DNA of 64,000 nucleotides from Candidatus Omnitrophota bacterium (GCA_022709525.1 JAKLIQ010000001.1:338679-402678), one strand, 5' to 3'; shown: positions 17,921 through 27,885, numbered from the stretch's first letter. Translations and numbers: made by a program. The notes: generated by a model from the letters alone, not told the origin.

Positions 17921-19335
17921 TGAAACAATTTTTCCTGAAATTCCAACTGCTCTTCGAGGCGGTGATCCTTTTGGCGACCCTCACGCTCGTTTACATGGTG
18001 ATCCAGCCGTTCCATGAGCGCTGGGATCTGACGCGCGAAAAGGTCTACTCGCTTCCACGGGCGACGACCGGCGTATTGCGGGACTTGAAGGACCGCAGGA
18101 TCGATCTCCTTCTTTTTTATCAGCAGGATGATCTTTCCAAGAAAGGCCTTGAGGTCTTTTTGAAAGAATGCCAGCGCCATCACCCGGAATTCCACTACGA
18201 TTTTTATGACCCGAACCGGCGGCCCCAGCTCGCCCGCAAATTCAATGTGACCGATGTCAAAACAGTGATCTTCCGCTCGGGCGGCCACGAAGAGCGCCTC
18301 GTTGCGCCAACCGAAGAGGACTTTACGAACGCTTTTCTGCGCCTTCTCCATCCCAAGGACCTCGATGTTTGTTTCGTGACGGGACACGGCGAAGTGCCGC
18401 TTGCCGAAGAAGGCACCGGAGGATATTCCCGTTTTCAGAAAACGCTTCAGGGTTATAACGCAAAGATCCATTCGATCGTGCTCACGCGGGACCACGTGCC
18501 CGATGTTTGCCAGGTGGTCGTGGTGGGCGGGCCGCGTTGGGACCTGACCGCCGAGGAATTCTCTGACCTCGACAAGGCGTTCCAGAAGGGGAAAGGCGTT
18601 TTTCTTTTGGTCGATCCTATGGACCCGGGCGCCGGCGCGGCTTTTGTCGAATTTGCCAGGCGGTACGGTGTTGCGCTGGGGCAGAACGTCATCGTCGACA
18701 AAATGAGCCGCATGGTCGGCGGTGATTTTTTAATGCCGCTTGTCAGCCAGTACCTGGAAACCCACCCGACCGGGAAAAACATGAAACAGGCGACTTTTTT
18801 TCCGCTCGTGCGTACGGTCCAACCTTCCGTGGATACAGTGGAGGGCCTTGAAGTCGCTCCTCTCGCTTTGACCGGGGACGGAAGTTGGGCCGAAACGGAT
18901 CTTCAGGCGCTCGAAGACGGCAATTCCACTTTTGATATCAAGACCGATATCGCCGGCCCTTTGCCTGTGGCGGTCGCCATACAACAGACAACAGACATCA
19001 GACCACAGACCACAGACAAAACCAGAACACAAGTCCCGAGTCCCGAGGAACGAGTCCCGCCGCAAGGAAGAATGATCATCGTCGGTGACGGTGATTTTTT
19101 AACGAACGGCTATCTGGACATTTCAGGAAATAAGGAATTCGGTTTGAACATGATCCGTTGGCTCGCCAATGACGACCGGTTTATGGACGTCAGGCGCCCG
19201 GAACTCCGCTTCAAGCCACTCCTGCTCGATGTGCCGCGCCGCACGCAGCTTATCGTGATCCTCCTGGGCGTTTACCCGCTCACTTTTTTCATTTTGGGCG
19301 GGATTTATCTTATTGTGCGGATCAGGACTTCATGA
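17920..19335 (+). CDS. GldG-family ABC-transporter auxiliary component (N- and C-terminal membrane anchors), carrying an in-frame repeat insertion
   Basis: Start MKQFFLKF is coupled to the permease stop. N-terminal helix AVILLATLTLVYMVI and C-terminal helix LIVILLGVYPLTFFILGGIYLIV. This architecture and the operon context are typical of GldG. The ORF-track start at 17761 overlaps the permease and is rejected. Confidence 0.65.
   Translation: MKQFFLKFQLLFEAVILLATLTLVYMVIQPFHERWDLTREKVYSLPRATTGVLRDLKDRRIDLLLFYQQDDLSKKGLEVFLKECQRHHPEFHYDFYDPNRRPQLARKFNVTDVKTVIFRSGGHEERLVAPTEEDFTNAFLRLLHPKDLDVCFVTGHGEVPLAEEGTGGYSRFQKTLQGYNAKIHSIVLTRDHVPDVCQVVVVGGPRWDLTAEEFSDLDKAFQKGKGVFLLVDPMDPGAGAAFVEFARRYGVALGQNVIVDKMSRMVGGDFLMPLVSQYLETHPTGKNMKQATFFPLVRTVQPSVDTVEGLEVAPLALTGDGSWAETDLQALEDGNSTFDIKTDIAGPLPVAVAIQQTTDIRPQTTDKTRTQVPSPEERVPPQGRMIIVGDGDFLTNGYLDISGNKEFGLNMIRWLANDDRFMDVRRPELRFKPLLLDVPRRTQLIVILLGVYPLTFFILGGIYLIVRIRTS
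18975..19058. repeat. CAGACMA heptamer run plus half of the GGGACTCG/CGAGTCCC element, inserted in frame in the gldG-like gene
   Basis: caacagacaacagacatcagaccacagaccacagac...caAGTCCCGAGTCCCGAGgaaCGAGTCCCg. Translated QQTTDIRPQTTDKTRTQVPSPEERVPP. Confidence 0.8.
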
Positions 19336-20327
19336 AGCTCATTCGGACTTTTGTTTTCATCCTTCTTTTCGCCGCTGTCGCCGCGATCTACGTTTATCAG
19401 GCGCGCCTCGCAAAGCAAATTTTAACGAACGCTCCCGATGAAGTGAACCGTGACGTGGTACTGACGCCGGAGGATTCCGTTGAGGGGATCGAACTCAAGG
19501 ACCATTCCCAGAAGACGCAGGTCACGCTTCGGAAAAACAAAGGGGGATGGGAACTCGAAAGACCCGTTCGTTATCCCGCCGAGAACGGGATCGTCGAAGG
19601 GTTCGCGATCGCCGCAAAGATGGCTTCCAAGCAGCCCCGCCTTCAGGCCGAAAAGGATTGGGAGGAATATGGCCTCGCGGATCCGGAGTTTGAGGTCATC
19701 TTCAGCGTTCAGGGGAAAAAGGACGCCACGCTTTTGGTCGGGACCCAGGCGCCGGTGGGCAAGGCGGTCTTTGCCAGGTGGAAGGAAGAGCGCGGGTATT
19801 TTCTCTTGCCGCCGGAAATGAAAGCCATGTTCCGCCAAAGCGTTTACGGTCTTCGGGAGAAACGCGTTTTCCGCCTTCCGCCCGAGACCCTCCGTAAAGT
19901 TTACATTGAAATGGGAGAGCGCGCCTATCAGTGGAAGGAAGACGCGGGCGAATGGCATTGGTTCGAGCCAGTCTCAGAATTCGGCCAGAAAATGCCGCTC
20001 GAGAAAATGAACCGGGTCCTGGCCGCCCTTCAAAATCTCCATATCAGAGAATTCCGGGACAATAACAAACAGTCCAAGGCCGAGCTCGGTTTTTTCATGA
20101 TCCATGACCGCATCGAACTGGACGCTGAAGGCGGCGAAAAGGAGCGATTCTATTTTGGCAACGAGATTCCGGATGAGAACGCTTATTACGGGCTCCGGGA
20201 GGGCGAAGAAACCGTCTTTTTAGTCGACCGTCAGAAAGTGATCGAAATTTTCGATCTTTTGCGAGCTCTTCAAAGAGATCAGGGCATTCCTTTAGCTGAA
20301 AAACAGCCGCCTTCCGAAACGCCCTGA
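19332..20327 (+). CDS. DUF4340-like periplasmic protein, commonly encoded downstream of GldG-family proteins
   Basis: N-terminal anchor MKLIRTFVFILLFAAVAAIYVY. 331 aa. Translationally coupled to the gldG-like gene. No catalytic motif. Confidence 0.45.
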   Translation: MKLIRTFVFILLFAAVAAIYVYQARLAKQILTNAPDEVNRDVVLTPEDSVEGIELKDHSQKTQVTLRKNKGGWELERPVRYPAENGIVEGFAIAAKMASKQPRLQAEKDWEEYGLADPEFEVIFSVQGKKDATLLVGTQAPVGKAVFARWKEERGYFLLPPEMKAMFRQSVYGLREKRVFRLPPETLRKVYIEMGERAYQWKEDAGEWHWFEPVSEFGQKMPLEKMNRVLAALQNLHIREFRDNNKQSKAELGFFMIHDRIELDAEGGEKERFYFGNEIPDENAYYGLREGEETVFLVDRQKVIEIFDLLRALQRDQGIPLAEKQPPSETP

Positions 20328-20335
20328 ACTGCTCC

Positions 20336-21037
20336 ATGACCGTTATTCCCCGCCTTAGAGATCTAAAAGATTCCATCCGCAGAGCTTCCGTTGAAAACGG
20401 ACGCGATCCCGGGAAGATCCGCCTTGTGCTTGTGACGAAAACCACGCCGCCCGAAAAGATCGAGGAGGCTTATGAAACGGGAGAAAGGGATTTCGGGGAG
20501 AACCGGGTCCAGGAGTGGCTCGAAAAAAAAGAGCGCCTTCCGCGGGATATCCGTTGGCACTTGATCGGTCATCTCCAGACAAATAAGGTGAAACAAGTGG
20601 TCGGGGAGATCTTTCTGATCCATTCGCTTGACCGTTTAGAGCTCGCTGACGCCATTGAAAGAACGGCCAAAAGTAAGGGGATCAATGAGGTTCCATGCTT
20701 GGTCCAGGTGAATATGTCGGGAGAAGAAAGTAAATTCGGTTTGGCCCCGGAGGCGGTTGAGGGTTTTATCGAACAAATGTCGTTAAGGCCTTCGATCAAG
20801 CTCCTCGGGCTCATGACCATCGGTCCTTTGACCGAAGACCAGGGCCGTATCCGGGAATGCTTCCGTAAGAGCCGTGAGCTCCTTGAGCGATTGAAGCAAG
20901 AATTCCCTCAGTATGGGTGGGACATCCTTTCCATGGGTATGTCGGGCGATTATAGAATAGCTATTGAAGAAGGGGCAAATATGCTTAGAATTGGCTCTTT
21001 AGTCTTTCCGAGAGGCGGAAAAAATGAACCTGCTTAG
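20336..21037 (+). CDS. yggS: YggS-family pyridoxal-phosphate homeostasis protein
   Basis: RLVLVTKTTPPEKIEEAYETGERDFGENRVQE...HLIGHLQTNKVK. 233 aa; alanine-racemase-N-like fold. Confidence 0.8.
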   Translation: MTVIPRLRDLKDSIRRASVENGRDPGKIRLVLVTKTTPPEKIEEAYETGERDFGENRVQEWLEKKERLPRDIRWHLIGHLQTNKVKQVVGEIFLIHSLDRLELADAIERTAKSKGINEVPCLVQVNMSGEESKFGLAPEAVEGFIEQMSLRPSIKLLGLMTIGPLTEDQGRIRECFRKSRELLERLKQEFPQYGWDILSMGMSGDYRIAIEEGANMLRIGSLVFPRGGKNEPA

Positions 21038-21839
21038 GAATAAAAAGATCGGACTCATCGGGGTCGGGAACATGGGCGCTTCTATACTCAGGGGGGTTTT
21101 GAAACGCAAGATCGCAACTCCTTCCTCCGTATGGGTTTATGATAAGATCAAAAGCAAAGCCGGGCATTTTGCCCGCTCTTATCGTGTCAGATGGGCGGCT
21201 TCCGCCCGGGAACTGCTTCAAAAAACGGATATTGTCATAGTGGCCGTGAAGCCGCAGGACTTCCCGGTTTTTGCCGCTGAAAACAGTTCTTATGTTCATC
21301 CCGGCCACCAAGTGATCTCGATCCTTGCGGGCATGACGACCGAAAAGATCGGGAAGATGCTCCGGGGTAATAAAAATGTTGTGAGAGCCATGCCCAATCT
21401 CGGCGCGAAAGCGGGCCAGTCCATGACCGCGATCTGCGGCAAAAGTAAAAAAGCGCTTTCGCTCGCTTCGGCGCTTTTTTCCGGATGCGGCGAGGTCGTG
21501 ATATTGCCGGAAAAAAGGATGGATCTCGTGACGGCCGTAAGCGGCAGTGGTCCCGCCTATTTTTTTCATCTGATGGAGCTTTTAGCGGACTTTGGCGTCC
21601 GGCAAGGCTTGTCGCCGAAAACCGCGCAAACGCTCGCGGTCCAAACGGCCTTGGGCGCCGCTTTGGTGGCAAAACATTCCAAAGCTTCCTGCGGCGAGTT
21701 GAGACAAATGGTTACCTCCAAGAAAGGGACCACGGACGCCGCCCTAAAGGCGCTCCGCCGCGGAAAATTCAAAAAAACTTTTTGCCGCGCGCTAGCCGCC
21801 GCTGTCGCAAGAAGCCGTGAACTTCGGAGGAACGCCTGA
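21024..21839 (+). CDS. proC: Pyrroline-5-carboxylate reductase
   Basis: N-terminal Rossmann motif KIGLIGVGNMGASIL and the ProC dimerisation region (SGSGPAYFFHLMELLADFGV). Confidence 0.85.
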   Translation: MNLLRNKKIGLIGVGNMGASILRGVLKRKIATPSSVWVYDKIKSKAGHFARSYRVRWAASARELLQKTDIVIVAVKPQDFPVFAAENSSYVHPGHQVISILAGMTTEKIGKMLRGNKNVVRAMPNLGAKAGQSMTAICGKSKKALSLASALFSGCGEVVILPEKRMDLVTAVSGSGPAYFFHLMELLADFGVRQGLSPKTAQTLAVQTALGAALVAKHSKASCGELRQMVTSKKGTTDAALKALRRGKFKKTFCRALAAAVARSRELRRNA

Positions 21840-22135
21840 TGTTTGTTTTTGGGGTTATCTTTAAAGGTTTGGCGATGCTCGTGAACGGAATTTGCACCAT
21901 CCTTTATTGGCTGCTTTTTGCCCGGATCATTGTTTCGTGGTTTCCGGTCGACCCTTTTTCCGGGCCGATGCGATTCCTGACACAGGTCACGGACCCGATC
22001 CTGGAGCCCTTGCGCCGGCTGCCGCTGCGGATCGGTATGTTGGATTTTTCGCCGCTCGTGGCTTTTTTCATGATCTATGTTACCAATCAAGTGCTTGTGA
22101 CGGTCCTTCTAAGGATCGCTTATCAATTTCAATAG
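21839..22135 (+). CDS. yggT: YggT-family membrane protein
   Basis: 98 aa, two helices, motif ARIIVSWFPVDPFSGPMRFLTQVTDPIL. Canonical yggS-proC-yggT neighbourhood. Confidence 0.75.
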   Translation: MFVFGVIFKGLAMLVNGICTILYWLLFARIIVSWFPVDPFSGPMRFLTQVTDPILEPLRRLPLRIGMLDFSPLVAFFMIYVTNQVLVTVLLRIAYQFQ

Positions 22136-22147
22136 GAGATTTTTAGT

Positions 22148-22996
22148 ATGCCGATGAAATTTTTCTTTAAAAAGAAGACCTCGATCATGAAAGACATGGG
22201 GAAGTGCCGGTCCTACATCCATCGAAAAACTTCCTTTAAGCCCGACATCGCATTGATCCTCGGGACCGGTCTCGGGGGCCTTTCAAAACGGATCAAAGCC
22301 GAAAAAATCTTTGATTATGCAGAGCTACCCTTTTTCCCGCAGACGACCGTCCAGTCGCATACCGGCAAACTCATTTTGGGAGAATTGGGCGGCAAGAAAG
22401 TCGCCGCTATGGAAGGGAGGTTCCACTTCTATGAAGGTTATTCGCTTGAGGAAGTAACGTTCCCGGTACGAGTGCTCCGGCATTTGGGAGCTAAAATGCT
22501 TGTCGTTTCAAATGCCGCGGGAGGGTTGAATCTGGATTATAAAAAAGGCGAGATCGTGGCCATTACCGATCACATTAATTTTATGGGCGTGAACCCGCTT
22601 ATCGGGGCCAACGAAGACAGGCTGGGGTCCCGTTTTCCCGATATGTGCGAACCATATTCAAAAAGACTTATGGAGCTAACAGAGCTTGCCGCCCGCGAAA
22701 CACACATCCCCATTCGGAAGGGCGTTTATATCGGGGTGACGGGGCCTTGCCTCGAGACCCGCGCGGAATACCGAATGATGCGCAATTTCGGCGCGGACCT
22801 GGTCGGCATGTCCACCGTGCCGGAAGTGATCGTTGGCGTGCATATGGGCATGGAGATCCTGGGGTTGAGCATCGTGACGGACACCTGCGACCCGGACCAT
22901 TTGGAACCATGCAACATCCAGGAGATCATCAAGACGGCGAACGAGGCCGGGCCGAAGCTGGATAAGCTGATCACTGCTGCTATTTCAAAATTCTAA
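22148..22996 (+). CDS. Purine nucleoside phosphorylase (PNP/MTAP family, trimeric type)
   Basis: PDIALILGTGLGGL...GKLILGELGGKKVAAMEGRFHFYEGYS...MLVVSNAAGGLN. Exact start uncertain; alternative Mets exist at aa 14 and 17. Confidence 0.8.
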   Translation: MPMKFFFKKKTSIMKDMGKCRSYIHRKTSFKPDIALILGTGLGGLSKRIKAEKIFDYAELPFFPQTTVQSHTGKLILGELGGKKVAAMEGRFHFYEGYSLEEVTFPVRVLRHLGAKMLVVSNAAGGLNLDYKKGEIVAITDHINFMGVNPLIGANEDRLGSRFPDMCEPYSKRLMELTELAARETHIPIRKGVYIGVTGPCLETRAEYRMMRNFGADLVGMSTVPEVIVGVHMGMEILGLSIVTDTCDPDHLEPCNIQEIIKTANEAGPKLDKLITAAISKF

Positions 22997-23001
22997 CAAA
23001 A

Positions 23002-23082
23002 GGGACTCGGGACTAGTTCCTCGGGACTCGAAAACGAGGAACCAAACGAGTCCCTAGTCCCGAGGGGCGAGTCCCGGTTTTT
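23002..23082. repeat. GGGACTCG/CGAGTCCC nested-palindrome element, compact intergenic copy with a trailing T-run. Likely acts as terminator after the PNP gene.
   Basis: GGGACTCGGGACTAGttcctcGGGACTCGaaaacgaggaaccaaaCGAGTCCCTAGTCCCGAGgggCGAGTCCCggttttt. Confidence 0.8.
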
Positions 23083-23088
23083 AAAATT

Positions 23089-25890
23089 ATGAGCGAAACG
23101 AAGAATTACAAAGACACTTTAAATCTACCGCAAACGTCTTTTCCGATGAAGGCAAATCTGGCTCAGCGTGAGCCGGAAATGCTCAAGCGTTGGGAAGCGG
23201 CAGGCGTCTATACGGCCATCCGGAAAAGGTCTGCCGGCAAACGTTCCTACATCCTTCACGATGGCCCTCCTTACGCGAATGGGCACATCCACATCGGCCA
23301 CGCGCTCAACAAAGTCCTCAAAGACCTCATCGTCAAGTATCAGACCATGCGCGGCCATGACGCGCTTTATGTCCCGGGCTGGGACTGCCACGGCCTTCCG
23401 ATCGAGCACGCCTGCCTTAAGGAAATGGGCAAACGCAAGGAGGAGGTGGACCGCGTCGAATTCCGGAAACAGGCGCGCAAGTACGCCGAAAAATTCGTCG
23501 GGATCCAGCGCGAAGAATTCAAACGACTCGGCATCTTCGGAGAATGGGAGAAGCCGTATCTGACGATGAATTACGACTACCAGGCTTCGATCGCAGCATC
23601 GTTCCTGAAGCTTCATGAGGACGGTTTTATCGAGCAACGTCTCAAGCCCGTGCCGTGGTGTTATGACTGCGACACCGCTCTCGCCGAAGCGGAATTGGAA
23701 TACGAAGATAAAGTTTCGAAATCGGTTTATGTTATGTTCCCGTCGCAAGAACTGGAAAATACGTATTATCTGGTGTGGACGACGACGCCTTGGACGCTTC
23801 CCGCCAACGTCGGCCTCGCGCTTCATCCGGACCTGGATTATGTGATCGCCGAGACAGGGAAGGGAAAGCTCATCTTTGCGCGTGAGCTATCCCAAAAACT
23901 TCAGGAAAAACTCGGTATCAGGATTACGAAAGAAATAGGAGTGAAGCGGGGGAAAGAATTCGCCGGAGCGAACGCCCAACATCCGTTTATCGCCCGAACT
24001 TCCAAAGTCATTGTTGCCGATTATGTCTCTGCCGAGGACGGCACCGGGATCGTTCATATCGCGCCGGGGCACGGCGAAGAGGATTATCAGTTCGGCCATC
24101 TTGAGAACGGGCTTCCGATCCTGTCGCCGGTCGATCACCGGGGAGGATTTACCGAAGAATTTCCTCTTTTTAAAGGCGAGCATGTTTTCAAGGCGAATCC
24201 GAAGATCACGGCGCTTCTGGCTGAAAAAGGGCTTCTTCTAAAAGAGGAGGACCACGCGCACAGTTACCCGCATTGCTGGCGCTGTAAAAAACCGATCATT
24301 TTTCGCGCAACGACGCAATGGTTCATGAAGATCGACCACAAAGACCTTCGCAAGCGCATGGAGGGAGCGATCGAGAAACATATCCAGTTCATTCCGGATT
24401 GGGGCAAGAACCGGATCGGCGCTATGGTCGAGACGCGGCCGGAGTGGTGTCTTTCGCGCCAGCGCTACTGGGGCGTGCCGATCCCGGTGATCCGCTGCAA
24501 GCATTGCGCGGGCGTTCATTTCGTCAAAGAATCCAAACAAAAGATCCTCGAACTTTTCGCACGAGAGGGTGCGGACGCCTGGTTTGCTCACCCGGCCGAA
24601 ACGTTTCTGCCCGCGGGAACAAAATGCCCTAAATGCAAAAAAAGCGAATTTGAAAAAGAGACCGATATTATCGATGTCTGGTTCGACTCCGGCGTCAGCC
24701 ATCAGGCCGTTTTGCGGCAATATCCGGGCTTGCATTATCCGGCGGACCTTTATTTGGAGGGTTCCGACCAGCACCGCGGCTGGTTCCAAAGCGCGCTGAC
24801 GACGGCGATGGCGTTGGAGAATAAAAGTTCTTTCAAAAGCGTTTTGACGCATGGTTTTGTGATGGACGGGCAGGGGAAGAAGATGTCAAAGTCCGCGGGC
24901 AATGTCGTGACGCCGCAGGATGTGATGAAAGAGTTCGGCGCCGATGTGCTGCGGCTTTGGGTCACTTCCTGCGATTACCAGTTCGATGTGCGGCTGTCGC
25001 ACGAGATCTTAAAACAACTCGTGGATACCTATCGTAAGATCCGAAACACTTTCCGCTATCTTCTATCCAATCTTTATGACTTCGATCCCGCGCAACATCA
25101 AGTCGCTCACGAAAAAATGCATCCGCTTGACCGCTGGGCCATGACGAGGACCGATCATCTGGTCGGGACGGTGACCGATCTTTACGAAAAATTTGAATTT
25201 CATCAGATCTACCGCGAGGTTTATGATTTTTGCGTGACGGACCTGAGCGCCTATTATCTGGACGCGCTCAAAGACACGCTTTACACGGCCGCGCCTAATG
25301 CGTGGCTTCGGCGTTCGGCCCAGACCGCTCTTTTCGATATCCTGACGCGCCTTGTGAAGATCATGGCGCCCATCCTTCCTTTTACGGCCGACGAGGTTTG
25401 GGGGTCCTGCAAGCTCGAAGAGGGGGTCGCGACCGTTCACGCGAGCGCCTGGCCGTCCTTTCGCGACGGCAAAGCGGAAAAAGAGTTCCAGGAATGGGAG
25501 CATTTGCGCGAGGTCCGCAACACAGTGACGCTTTTCCTTGAAAAAAAGCGCGAAGCCAAAGAGATCGGCGCGGGCCTGGAAGCGAAGGTGATCCTCACTG
25601 CAGAAGATCCGAAATCGGCCGAAATATTACATAGATATGAAAAAGAACTCGCTCGCGTCTTTGTCGTGTCCCAGGTTATTTTGGCGACGCAGGCTGTGGA
25701 GGGTATGGAGGCCGCAGAAGGTTTTTCCGCGGTGTTCCAGAAGAAGTTCGGACTGAAGGCCCTGGTGACCCAAGCGGACGGGGCCAAATGCGTCCGTTGC
25801 TGGAATTATTCTTCCTCCCTTAGCGGCGACCCGGAGTACGTGTCTCTTTGTCCCAAATGTGTGGAGGCGGTCAAAGGCGCACGGCCCTAA
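23089..25890 (+). CDS. ileS: Isoleucine--tRNA ligase
   Basis: HIGH motif (PPYANGHIHIGHALN) and KMSKS. 933 aa. C-terminal Zn-finger CVRCWNYS...CPKC. Confidence 0.92.
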   Translation: MSETKNYKDTLNLPQTSFPMKANLAQREPEMLKRWEAAGVYTAIRKRSAGKRSYILHDGPPYANGHIHIGHALNKVLKDLIVKYQTMRGHDALYVPGWDCHGLPIEHACLKEMGKRKEEVDRVEFRKQARKYAEKFVGIQREEFKRLGIFGEWEKPYLTMNYDYQASIAASFLKLHEDGFIEQRLKPVPWCYDCDTALAEAELEYEDKVSKSVYVMFPSQELENTYYLVWTTTPWTLPANVGLALHPDLDYVIAETGKGKLIFARELSQKLQEKLGIRITKEIGVKRGKEFAGANAQHPFIARTSKVIVADYVSAEDGTGIVHIAPGHGEEDYQFGHLENGLPILSPVDHRGGFTEEFPLFKGEHVFKANPKITALLAEKGLLLKEEDHAHSYPHCWRCKKPIIFRATTQWFMKIDHKDLRKRMEGAIEKHIQFIPDWGKNRIGAMVETRPEWCLSRQRYWGVPIPVIRCKHCAGVHFVKESKQKILELFAREGADAWFAHPAETFLPAGTKCPKCKKSEFEKETDIIDVWFDSGVSHQAVLRQYPGLHYPADLYLEGSDQHRGWFQSALTTAMALENKSSFKSVLTHGFVMDGQGKKMSKSAGNVVTPQDVMKEFGADVLRLWVTSCDYQFDVRLSHEILKQLVDTYRKIRNTFRYLLSNLYDFDPAQHQVAHEKMHPLDRWAMTRTDHLVGTVTDLYEKFEFHQIYREVYDFCVTDLSAYYLDALKDTLYTAAPNAWLRRSAQTALFDILTRLVKIMAPILPFTADEVWGSCKLEEGVATVHASAWPSFRDGKAEKEFQEWEHLREVRNTVTLFLEKKREAKEIGAGLEAKVILTAEDPKSAEILHRYEKELARVFVVSQVILATQAVEGMEAAEGFSAVFQKKFGLKALVTQADGAKCVRCWNYSSSLSGDPEYVSLCPKCVEAVKGARP

Positions 25891-27451
25891 CATCGAAGGA
25901 GTTTTTATTTTCAAAAGAGACGTGTCTTTTCATATAAAGACCCCGAAGACGATCCTCAAAAAGGTGCTGGTAGGACTCGTTCTTTTTTTTCTGGGTTCTC
26001 TCGCGGCTTATCTGCTGCCCTTTCTTATTCCTTCCGCGCGTTTGCGCCACCCCTTTTTCCCCATTCTGATCATGACCGTCATCTTTGTCGTCGCCTACAA
26101 GCCCATTGAGCGATGGGTTAAAAAATTCCTCGAAAAATATTTTTTCCATAAAAAAACATTCGCCCAGATGGCCTTGATGGACCTCGCTTCGGACCTGGCC
26201 GTGAATCTTGATCTCCAGGAGATCGCGAATCTGGTCGTGAATACCTTCGGCGAAGTGTTGCATCTGAAGACCGCGGCGCTTCTAGTGCCGGACCCACTCC
26301 AAAATAATTTTGAGGTCGCCTCGGCTCATGGCTGGACCCTCGCGGCCTCCAAGAAGACCCATCTTGCGGCCGATACACCGCTTCTAAAACTCGTCCATCA
26401 GACCGGACCGCACGTGCTGGTCCGCGGACCGATCCTCCAAAGCCTTACCTGGCAGGAGGCGAACGCCTTGGCTCGGGATTTTGACGCCCTGCAGGCCGGT
26501 TGGGTCATCCCGCTTTTTGTTAAAGGGGAGCTTGTAGGACTGGTTGCGTTCGGGGCCCTGTCGCCCGACACCGTGTTCGATCAAGCGGATTTTCATTTTT
26601 TCCGGGAATTTGCCTCGGCGATCGCACCCTGCGTTCATAACGCTCTTATCGTTAAGCGCCTGAAGCAGTTCAATAACGAGCTCCAGGATTCGCAGTCCCA
26701 ATGGGTCCAGAAAACCAAACTAAACGCGATCGAAAAGCTCGCCGCGGGCATCGCTCATGAGATCCATAATCCTCTGGCGATCATTTCGGGCAAAGCCCAG
26801 GTGCTTCTTATGCAGAAGGGGGCCAAACAGCTCGAACCGAACGTTCAGGAATCCTTGAACGCGATAGTGAAGCAAACGCGACGGGCTGCCGATATAACAA
26901 GGAAGCTTCTCATGTACTCGCAGGGTTCCCGCGGGCCGCAGGAGTGGGTCTCGCTGGAAAAGGTCCTCGATGAGACGCTGGCCCTGCTCGCGTACCAGGC
27001 ATCGCTGGATAAGATCGAGATCATCCGCGACATCGATCCGGAACTGCCGCGTTATTACGCGAACGTGCAGGAGATCCGGGAGATCTTCCTGAACCTGCTT
27101 CTCAATGCTGTTGAAGCCGTAGGGACGGAGGGGAAGATCTCGGTCGAATTGAAATATCATCGCGACGAAGAGCTCGTGGAGATCGTTTGTTCGGACACGG
27201 GGAAGGGGATCCCGGCCGAACACCTGGACAAGGTCTTTAACCCGTTCTACACCACGCGCCACGAGGCGGTGGGGCTCGGGCTTTTCGTGACGAAGCAGGT
27301 CACGCACCGCTACGGCGGTTCGATCCGCGTGGAAAGCCAGGAAGGGGTTGGCAGCATGTTCATTTTACAACTGCCGTGCGCCGCCGCGCAGAAAGCCGGC
27401 GGGGAAAAAGAAGAAGCTTCGATTTTAAGCAATCAAAGAACAGCAAGATAA
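25859..27451 (+). CDS. Sensor histidine kinase (membrane segment, GAF-like region, HisKA, HATPase_c)
   Basis: H-box IAHEIHNPLAIISG, N-box LNLLLNAVEA, G-boxes DTGKGIP and GLGLFV. The start is uncertain: the 25859 ATG overlaps ileS by 32 nt; an in-frame GTG lies at 25922. Confidence 0.8.
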   Translation: MWRRSKAHGPNIEGVFIFKRDVSFHIKTPKTILKKVLVGLVLFFLGSLAAYLLPFLIPSARLRHPFFPILIMTVIFVVAYKPIERWVKKFLEKYFFHKKTFAQMALMDLASDLAVNLDLQEIANLVVNTFGEVLHLKTAALLVPDPLQNNFEVASAHGWTLAASKKTHLAADTPLLKLVHQTGPHVLVRGPILQSLTWQEANALARDFDALQAGWVIPLFVKGELVGLVAFGALSPDTVFDQADFHFFREFASAIAPCVHNALIVKRLKQFNNELQDSQSQWVQKTKLNAIEKLAAGIAHEIHNPLAIISGKAQVLLMQKGAKQLEPNVQESLNAIVKQTRRAADITRKLLMYSQGSRGPQEWVSLEKVLDETLALLAYQASLDKIEIIRDIDPELPRYYANVQEIREIFLNLLLNAVEAVGTEGKISVELKYHRDEELVEIVCSDTGKGIPAEHLDKVFNPFYTTRHEAVGLGLFVTKQVTHRYGGSIRVESQEGVGSMFILQLPCAAAQKAGGEKEEASILSNQRTAR

Positions 27452-27507
27452 ACAGGATCCGGCGTTATTTTCGCGACGCCGGGCCATTACCGGGTGAGGA
27501 ACGCGTT

Positions 27508-27885
27508 ATGATGAAAAAATTATTGATCGTTGATGATGAGGTCGAGATCTGCGAATTCCTGAAATCTTTCTTTGAAGACCGGGACTACAGGGTCGCGGTC
27601 GCCCATGACGGTGTCATGGCCTTTGAGCAGGTCGGTATTTTTAAACCCGACGTTGTGCTTCTGGACATTCAAATGCCGGGCCTCGATGGGCTGCAGGCCT
27701 TGAAGAAGATCAAAGAAAAATATCCGAAGATGAAAGTGATCATGGTGACCGCCGTTGAGACGCAGGAGAAGATCGAAGAGGCCATGCGGCTTGGCGCGGA
27801 TAATTACATCACCAAGCCTTTAAGTCTCGAATATCTCGAAAAAGATGTTCAGGACAAGATCGAGCTTCTTGCCAAAGGAGTCTAG
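27508..27885 (+). CDS. Single-domain response regulator (CheY-like receiver)
   Basis: KKLLIVDDEVEICEFL...VLLDIQMPGLDG...MVTA...K. RBS ggtgagga lies 8 nt upstream of the ATG at 27508. The ORF-track start at 27376 is rejected. Confidence 0.8.
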   Translation: MMKKLLIVDDEVEICEFLKSFFEDRDYRVAVAHDGVMAFEQVGIFKPDVVLLDIQMPGLDGLQALKKIKEKYPKMKVIMVTAVETQEKIEEAMRLGADNYITKPLSLEYLEKDVQDKIELLAKGV

